DNA from: Microcystis aeruginosa NIES-2549
GTDB lineage: Bacteria; Cyanobacteriota; Cyanobacteriia; Cyanobacteriales; Microcystaceae
Direction of reading: 5' to 3'
Assembly: GCF_000981785.2 (NCBI RefSeq)
Contig: NZ_CP011304.1
Location: forward strand, 2,820,001-2,852,000
DNA length: 32,000 nucleotides
Shown here one piece after another: positions 26,832 through 32,000 of this stretch (the stretch's first letter is position 1; each line of letters starts with the position of its first letter). Below the pieces are notes generated by a model. That model was given only the letters and a program-made list of their open reading frames with translations. It was not told where the DNA came from and did not search any database. A program made the position numbers and the translations under genes.

Positions 26832-26927
26832 GTAGGGTTTGTGTTTGCGGCCACCAATTCTGTTAAAAAATCAAAATCAATAATCTGCACCCCACGCACC
26901 AACTTTGTCATTAAATTGGTGCGTTAC
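26832..26927 (+). repeat. MITE-like element, copy 2 (right end truncated or diverged)
   Basis: gtagggtttgtgtttgcggccaccaattctgttaaaaaatcaaaatcaataatctgcaccccacgcaccaactttgtcattaaattggtgcgttac. Same orientation as copy 1. Confidence 0.7.
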
Positions 26928-27018
26928 TACGATTAATTTTCTCACTGGATTGACCGAAGGAAACCCAACACACAATTAGATAGGGTTTGCCGAAAAAGCT
27001 TTTCGTGGGGTTAGGAGT

Positions 27019-27069
27019 CGGTCCGGATGAAAAAATTTTCACCCCCACAGATGAAAGAGGTTTCTTTCC
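27019..27069. repeat. Left arm of a ~50 bp inverted repeat pair
   Basis: cggtccggatgaaaaaattttcacccccacagatgaaagaggtttctttcc. Its reverse complement matches 28601-28651 with about 4 mismatches. Confidence 0.85.
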
Positions 27070-27642
27070 CCAATCCCCTATCCCTTTTAAACAGGATTTA
27101 GTAATTTAGTATTAGCCTGTATCAGCATTTCTGATTCTATAGTTAAGTTTGACTAATAACAGTTTATTTTTAGTTTTTTGTCAAGCCCCTATTATAATTT
27201 TTAATCTTTGACCCTTAGTCCCATTGAACATTGATCTTAAAAATCTGGTTTTTTGTAGCGAAGACAACAGTTTTATTAACTGTTATCTGCTGCTATAGAG
27301 GGAAATCGGGGAGGGCTGATAATCCTTGAAACCCTTATCAATACTAGCATTATTCCCCCTCGAAATTTCACTAATTCCCCAAGTTTTCCTAACCTTGCCC
27401 CCCCTAGGACACAAAAAATTAAAAACTTACCATCCTAACTTGGTTTTTGGCGCAAGTCAACCCTTTATTTAAATTTTTGATTCTTTTTGCCGATAACGAT
27501 ATAAATTCTCGTAATGACCAACCAATTTTCCGTGATACGGTTGAACAGAAAGCAACCAAGTTAGCTCTGCAAGCAAAAAGGAATGTTAGCAAATTCCTTC
27601 AGCTTTGCATTGGGAACTTGCTAACGCACAATAAGAAAGTCT

Positions 27643-28392
27643 ATGAACAAACAACAATTGAACAAACTACAAGCTATAACTGCCCTCACTTTAGTGGGGA
27701 CTACAGCCTCAATAATTTGTTCCCAGACAGTAGGACACAGTAACAGCCTGACGGATATTAGCCTAGCTCGTCAAACTGTTATCGAGTCCACTTCTCAAAC
27801 CGTTCTGCCCGCTTTTTCTAATAGTCGAACATCTGATTCAGATATTAAAATATCACGTTCGGCTCAAGATAATGGTAACGAAATTCTAAAAACTTTGGAG
27901 TCCCTAGTGGACAAAGAAAATACCGTCCCTGCAAGCGTTACACCCCAGACCCAAGAGGCCATTCCTTCGACGGTACAACCCCAATCACAACCCAATCAAG
28001 TCAAGCCAGCCCCAGCCAATGGCCAATCTACTAATCCTGCCTCAGTCACACCAGCAGAGAAGCCGAAAACAACCCAAGCGGTAAAAACCAGCAGTCGCCC
28101 GCGTAAACAGGGAATGGCCTCTTGGTATGGTCCTGGTTTCCACGGTCGTCGCACCGCTAGTGGTGAGACTTTTAACTCTAGTGGTTTAACTGCCGCTCAT
28201 CGCTATCTGCCTTTCGGCACTAGGGTTAGGGTAACTAATCTGCGTAACGGGCGCTCGGTGGTGGTGCGAATTAACGATCGCGGTCCGTTTAGCGGTGGTC
28301 GCGTCATCGACCTTTCCAGAGGTGCGGCAGCGATTATCGGTGTCTTCCAATCGGGAGTTGCCCCAGTTGTCTTGGAAGTTTTAGGCAGATAA
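27643..28392 (+). CDS. rlpA: RlpA-family septal ring lytic transglycosylase-like protein (DPBB domain)
   Basis: 249 aa. Signal peptide, Pro/Gln/Thr-rich linker, and C-terminal [20 protein letters not shown]......[26 protein letters not shown]. Confidence 0.85.
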   Translation: MNKQQLNKLQAITALTLVGTTASIICSQTVGHSNSLTDISLARQTVIESTSQTVLPAFSNSRTSDSDIKISRSAQDNGNEILKTLESLVDKENTVPASVTPQTQEAIPSTVQPQSQPNQVKPAPANGQSTNPASVTPAEKPKTTQAVKTSSRPRKQGMASWYGPGFHGRRTASGETFNSSGLTAAHRYLPFGTRVRVTNLRNGRSVVVRINDRGPFSGGRVIDLSRGAAAIIGVFQSGVAPVVLEVLGR

Positions 28393-28447
28393 TCAGTTAT
28401 CAGTTATCAGTTATCAGTAAACAGTAAGCAGTAATCAGTAAACAGTG
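28392..28447. repeat. Heptamer tandem array, 8 units
   Basis: atcagtt x3, atcagta, aacagta, agcagta, atcagta, aacagtg. Starts at the last base of the rlpA stop codon (28392). Confidence 0.9.
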
Positions 28448-28537
28448 AAAAGACAGCACTGTTAATTTGTGTCTGGGAAAATTTAGTACAAATGCTCAGA
28501 CTTCCTCCTTATCTCTGACTTGAAAGAGGGTGTAGGG

Positions 28538-28592
28538 TGTGGGCTTCGGCCGTGAGCTCAGCGTTCGACTGAGCTCACGCCGAGGTCCGAAC
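28538..28592. repeat. 55-bp palindromic unit lying between two copies of gggtgtaggg
   Basis: Perfect 11-bp stem cgtgagctcag / ctgagctcacg with loop cgttcga, extended by cttcggc / gccgagg. Flanking decamers lie at 28528-28537 and 28593-28602. Confidence 0.55.
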
Positions 28593-28600
28593 GGGTGTAG

Positions 28601-28651
28601 GGAAGGAAACCTCTTTCCTCTGTGGGGGTGAAAATTTTTTCATCGGGACTG
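28601..28651. repeat. Right arm of the ~50 bp inverted repeat pair
   Basis: ggaaggaaacctctttcctctgtgggggtgaaaattttttcatcgggactg. Confidence 0.85.
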
Positions 28652-28666
28652 ACCAAAAACTCACAT

Positions 28667-28799
28667 CTGATCAGTGGTAACTGGTAACTGGTAACTGATC
28701 AGTGATCACTGATAACTGATAACTGGTAACTAATCAGTGATCACTGATAACTGATCACTGGTAACTGATCACTGATAACTGATCACTGATCACTGCTAT
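28667..28799. repeat. Heptamer tandem array, 19 units (CTGATCA / CTGGTAA / CTGATAA / GTGATCA variants)
   Basis: Continuous 7-nt register over 133 bp. Ends 30 nt before the ATG of the ABC ATPase gene. Confidence 0.92.
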
Positions 28800-28828
28800 A
28801 GTGATCCTATTGGGATTTGACAGGGTTT

Positions 28829-29530
28829 ATGTTAGAAATTAACGATTTATCGGTTAATTATGGCGGAATAAAGGCATTACAGCAGGTTAGTTTAAGGGTA
28901 GAAACCGGGGAAATTGTCACCCTCATTGGAGCGAACGGAGCAGGAAAAACGACGACTCTAAAGACGATATCTCGGCTTTTAACGGCAAAGACTGGGCGAA
29001 TAATCTATCAGGGTCAAGATATTACCCATTTACCGCCCCATGAAATCGTTAAACGGGGAATTGCCCATAGTCCGGAAGGGAGAAGAATCTTAGCGCGTCA
29101 AACAGTCTTGACAAATTTGCAGTTAGGGGCCTATACGAGAAGCGATCGCCTAGGAGTAAAAAGCGATATCGAAGAGCAGTGGCGACTGTTTCCCCGACTA
29201 TCGGAGCGCCGAGAGCAGTTAGCGGGAACCCTAAGCGGTGGGGAACAGCAGATGCTGGCGATCGCAAGAGCTTTAATGAGTCGTCCCAAGTTATTGTTAC
29301 TAGACGAACCCAGTTTAGGACTAGCGCCGCAGATAGTGCGAGAAATCTTCAGTATTATCCGTAAATTAAATGAATCGGGAGTAACTATCCTGTTAGTGGA
29401 ACAAAACGCCAATTTAGCCCTAGAAACTGCCAATCGCGGCTATGTTTTGGCAGCGGGACGCTTGACCATCGCAGGAGAAGCCGGGGATTTACTCAAGGAT
29501 GAGCGAGTCAAACAAGCTTATTTGGGTTAA
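28829..29530 (+). CDS. Branched-chain/neutral amino acid ABC transporter ATP-binding protein (LivF/NatE-like)
   Basis: Walker A GANGAGKTT, signature LSGGEQQML, Walker B LLLLDEPS, and LivF-type C-terminus (VKQAYLG). ATG at 28829 is preferred over the TTG at 28817 in the ORF track. No partner transporter genes are adjacent. Confidence 0.85.
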   Translation: MLEINDLSVNYGGIKALQQVSLRVETGEIVTLIGANGAGKTTTLKTISRLLTAKTGRIIYQGQDITHLPPHEIVKRGIAHSPEGRRILARQTVLTNLQLGAYTRSDRLGVKSDIEEQWRLFPRLSERREQLAGTLSGGEQQMLAIARALMSRPKLLLLDEPSLGLAPQIVREIFSIIRKLNESGVTILLVEQNANLALETANRGYVLAAGRLTIAGEAGDLLKDERVKQAYLG

Positions 29531-29654
29531 TCGATGATGATGCGCCAACTATAGACAAAATTCTATAGTAAAGGTAGGAGAAAAAATATTCACAAAATTT
29601 TACAAAGTCGCATAAAATGAACACATAACGAAATAGGTATTTTTTCTTACTGCC

Positions 29655-31316
29655 ATGCTAACGGCTAACTTCCCCTGGCTCACTGCCATCATTTTGCTCC
29701 CCTTGCTTGCCTCTTTCCTAATCCCTGTAATCCCCGACAAAGAAGGAAAAACTGTTCGCTGGTTCGCGCTTGGAGTCGGACTAGCAGACTTTATATTAAT
29801 GTGCTACGTCTTTTTACAAAAATATGATTTAAGCAACCCCAACTTACAATTAGTAGAAAAAATCGATTGGGTTCCCCAAATTGGTTTAAGTTGGGCGGTG
29901 TCGGTAGATGGTATCTCGGCACCGTTAGTTTTATTAGCAGGATTGGTGACAACCCTTTCTATCTTGGCAGCGTGGCAAGTGGACCGCAAACCCCGTTTAT
30001 TCTACTTCCTGATGCTGTTGCTCTACGCCGCTCAGATTGGTGTTTTCGTCGCCCAAGACTTATTATTATTCTTCTTAATGTGGGAAATCGAGTTAATTCC
30101 CGTTTATCTACTCGTTTCCATCTGGGGTGGTCAAAAACGTCGTTATGCCGCCACTAAATTCCTACTCTACACCGCCGCCGCTTCTATCTTCATCCTCGTT
30201 GCCGGTCTAGCCATGGCCCTTTACGGTGGTGGTGCGATGACCTTTGATATGGCGGAATTAGGATTTAAAGATTATCCCCTCGCTTTAGAATTAGTCCTTT
30301 ACGCCGGTTTATTAATCGCTTTCGGGGTCAAACTCGCCATCTTCCCCCTCCATACTTGGCTCCCCGATGCTCACGGTGAAGCTTCTGCACCTGTATCGAT
30401 GATTCTCGCTGGTGTTCTCCTCAAAATGGGTGGTTATGGTTTAATCCGTCTTAATATGGGGCTTCTACCCGATGCACACATCTACTTTGCCCCGATTCTA
30501 GCGATTCTCGGTGTCGTTAATATTATCTACGGTGCTTTCGCTTCCTTCGGTCAACAAAACATGAAACGCCGTCTCGCTTATTCCTCGGTTTCACACATGG
30601 GATTCGTCCTTTTAGGGATTGCTTCCTTTACCGATGTGGGTATTAGCGGCGCTATGTTACAAATGCTCTCCCACGGTTTAATTGCCGCCGTCTTATTCTT
30701 CCTTGCCGGTGTCACCTACGACCGCACCCATACCTTAGCTTTAAACGAGATGGGTGGGATTGCTCAAGCGATGCCGAAAGTCTTCGCTCTCTTTACTGCC
30801 GGCGCCATGGCTTCCCTAGCGTTACCCGGAATGAGCGGTTTTGCCAGTGAAATTACTGTATTCATCGGTGTCACTAGCAGTGAAGTTTATAGCCAAACCT
30901 TCCGGGTTGTGACTGTCTTCCTCGCTTCCGTTGGTTTAATCCTCACCCCGATTTATCTACTCTCCATGCTTCGTCAAGTTTTCTACGGAGATGGTTCTTC
31001 CTGCGATATTACTAACATTACCCCCAACAAAAGCAACGAACAAGCAGTTTGTTTCGGTACTAGCTGTGTCCTTCCTGACGAATCAGAATATATTGACGCT
31101 AAACCCAGAGAAATCTTTATCGCTGTCTCTTTCCTCGCTTTGATTGTCGCTATCGGTTTTTATCCCCAACTGGCTACCCGTATCTACGATGTCAAAACGG
31201 TGGCAGTTAACTCGGAAGTGCGTCAAGCTTACACAGAAATCGCCGCTACTCGTCAAAATATCTACGCTGAAACTCAACCCGACGTAAGCGCCAAAGTTGC
31301 CAGTATATTCCAATAA
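29655..31316 (+). CDS. ndhD: NAD(P)H-quinone oxidoreductase subunit 4 (NDH-1 subunit D)
   Basis: 553 aa polytopic protein with NuoM/NdhD motifs ([42 protein letters not shown]). Confidence 0.9.
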   Translation: MLTANFPWLTAIILLPLLASFLIPVIPDKEGKTVRWFALGVGLADFILMCYVFLQKYDLSNPNLQLVEKIDWVPQIGLSWAVSVDGISAPLVLLAGLVTTLSILAAWQVDRKPRLFYFLMLLLYAAQIGVFVAQDLLLFFLMWEIELIPVYLLVSIWGGQKRRYAATKFLLYTAAASIFILVAGLAMALYGGGAMTFDMAELGFKDYPLALELVLYAGLLIAFGVKLAIFPLHTWLPDAHGEASAPVSMILAGVLLKMGGYGLIRLNMGLLPDAHIYFAPILAILGVVNIIYGAFASFGQQNMKRRLAYSSVSHMGFVLLGIASFTDVGISGAMLQMLSHGLIAAVLFFLAGVTYDRTHTLALNEMGGIAQAMPKVFALFTAGAMASLALPGMSGFASEITVFIGVTSSEVYSQTFRVVTVFLASVGLILTPIYLLSMLRQVFYGDGSSCDITNITPNKSNEQAVCFGTSCVLPDESEYIDAKPREIFIAVSFLALIVAIGFYPQLATRIYDVKTVAVNSEVRQAYTEIAATRQNIYAETQPDVSAKVASIFQ

Positions 31317-31342
31317 ATTGGCAAGTCTAAAGTGAATAGGTT

Positions 31343-31376
31343 ATCAGGAGTGGAAATTCTGCTCCTGATTTTTTTG
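31343..31376 (+). terminator. Probable rho-independent terminator of ndhD
   Basis: Stem atcaggag / ctcctgat with an 11-nt loop, followed by ttttttt. Confidence 0.65.
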
Positions 31377-31470
31377 GCGAGGAAAAAGATGCGAGCATTT
31401 ATACTAAAATCTAAGATAGCTGGTTTAATATCGTCTCTGGGATCAAAACAAAAGCTTAAAATAGAGAAAT

Positions 31471-32000
31471 ATGTGGACTTTTATTGATTTATTTGCCGGT
31501 ATAGGAGGATTTAGAATCGCCCTAGAAAATCTCGGTTGTCAATGCGTTTTTTCTTCGGAAATCGATCCTCACTCCCAAAAGGTTTACTTAGCTAACTATG
31601 GTCATTTACCCGATAATCAAGACATCAGAAAATTAGAGGTAAAAACTGTCCCCGATCATGATATACTCTGTGGCGGGTTTCCCTGTCAAGCCTTTAGTAT
31701 CGCCGGCAGAAAACACGGTTTTGAAGATGCACGCGGAACCTTATTTTTTGAAGTTGCCCGGATCCTACACGAAAAGAAACCGAAAGCTTTTATCTTAGAA
31801 AATGTCCAGGGTTTAGTCCATCATGATCGAGGTAAAACTTTAAAAACTATTTTAGATATACTAGAAAAGGATTTGCATTATTTTGTCCCTAGTCCCCAGA
31901 TTTTAAATGCCAGATATTTTGGGGTTCCTCAAAACCGTCCCCGAATTTTTATCGTCGGTTTTCGAGAGGATTTAAATATTTACCATTTTTCCTATCCCCA
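31471..32000 (+). CDS. DNA (cytosine-5)-methyltransferase, N-terminal ~176 codons. Runs off the right edge of the window.
   Basis: Not in the ORF track because there is no stop in the window. My translation reads MWTFIDLFAGIGGFRIALENLG... (motif I FxGxGG), GGFPCQAFSIAGR (motif IV PC), ILENVQGL (motif VI ENV) and GVPQNRPRIFIVG (motif VIII QxRxR). Confidence 0.9.
   Translation, partial: MWTFIDLFAGIGGFRIALENLGCQCVFSSEIDPHSQKVYLANYGHLPDNQDIRKLEVKTVPDHDILCGGFPCQAFSIAGRKHGFEDARGTLFFEVARILHEKKPKAFILENVQGLVHHDRGKTLKTILDILEKDLHYFVPSPQILNARYFGVPQNRPRIFIVGFREDLNIYHFSYP

Noticed and set aside
27447-27743. 98-aa ORF upstream of and overlapping rlpA
   Set aside because: It lies in an AT-rich leader, uses a TTG-type start, has no motifs, and overlaps the well-supported rlpA signal-peptide start.
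28392-28799. Could the repeat arrays be a CRISPR array?
   Set aside because: The units are 7 nt long and contiguous without spacers, and there are no 25-40 nt repeats or cas genes. These are STRR-like microsatellites.
29049-30157. Antisense or alternate-frame ORFs inside the livF-like and ndhD genes
   Set aside because: They are embedded in strongly supported CDSs and have no independent evidence.
1-32000. tRNA, rRNA, tmRNA, RNase P and 6S RNA genes
   Set aside because: Scanning the intergenic regions by eye, I did not see T-loop/GTTCGAATC-type boxes or other recognisable structured-RNA signatures. tRNAscan/Infernal would be needed to exclude them formally.

Overview
This 32 kb window looks like a cyanobacterial chromosome, most likely Microcystis-like. 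The evidence is roughly 40% GC by eye, many HIP1 octamers (GCGATCGC), abundant heptamer STRR-like repeats of the CTGATAA/CTGATCA/CTGGTAA type, and MITE-like palindromic repeats in nearly every intergenic spacer.

Housekeeping genes: aroC (5' part), a DHH phosphoesterase, gltA, an orphan family-5 solute-binding lipoprotein coupled to a GT1 glycosyltransferase, ldh, a DUF952 gene, a cytosine-deaminase-like amidohydrolase, cofG, a transglutaminase-domain protein, cbiG-cobJ, rlpA, a livF/natE-like ATPase and ndhD.

Accessory content interleaved with these:
- An intact IS607-family element (serine recombinase tnpA plus tnpB).
- A 1.5 kb graveyard of transposase fragments (two IS630-like, one ISKra4-like, one Rpn/DUF4351-like tail).
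- A gene-sized high-GC island encoding a divergent ClC channel.
- Two Uma2 (DUF820) nuclease genes.
- A small accessory cluster: DUF29, an HTH gene interrupted at an A AAA AAC slippery run, an RTX-like Ca-binding protein, and a DUF433/DUF5615 toxin-antitoxin pair bracketed by two MITE copies.
- The 5' part of a C5 cytosine methyltransferase at the right edge.

I found no rRNA, tRNA or CRISPR array. I cannot point to a clear multi-gene system that is undescribed. The strongest leads:
1. The IS607 sits inside one copy of a ~120 bp repeat whose uninterrupted paralog lies 1.3 kb away. This allows a prediction of the element ends, the TnpB guide and the TAM.
2. The compositionally foreign ClC gene has a junction that appears to fall inside its own coding region.
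3. A canonical -1 slippery heptamer sits exactly where the HTH gene changes frame.
4. Repeats bracket the TA cassette and the rlpA segment.

All composition statements are by-eye estimates, not computed values. All family assignments come from motif recognition, not database searches.
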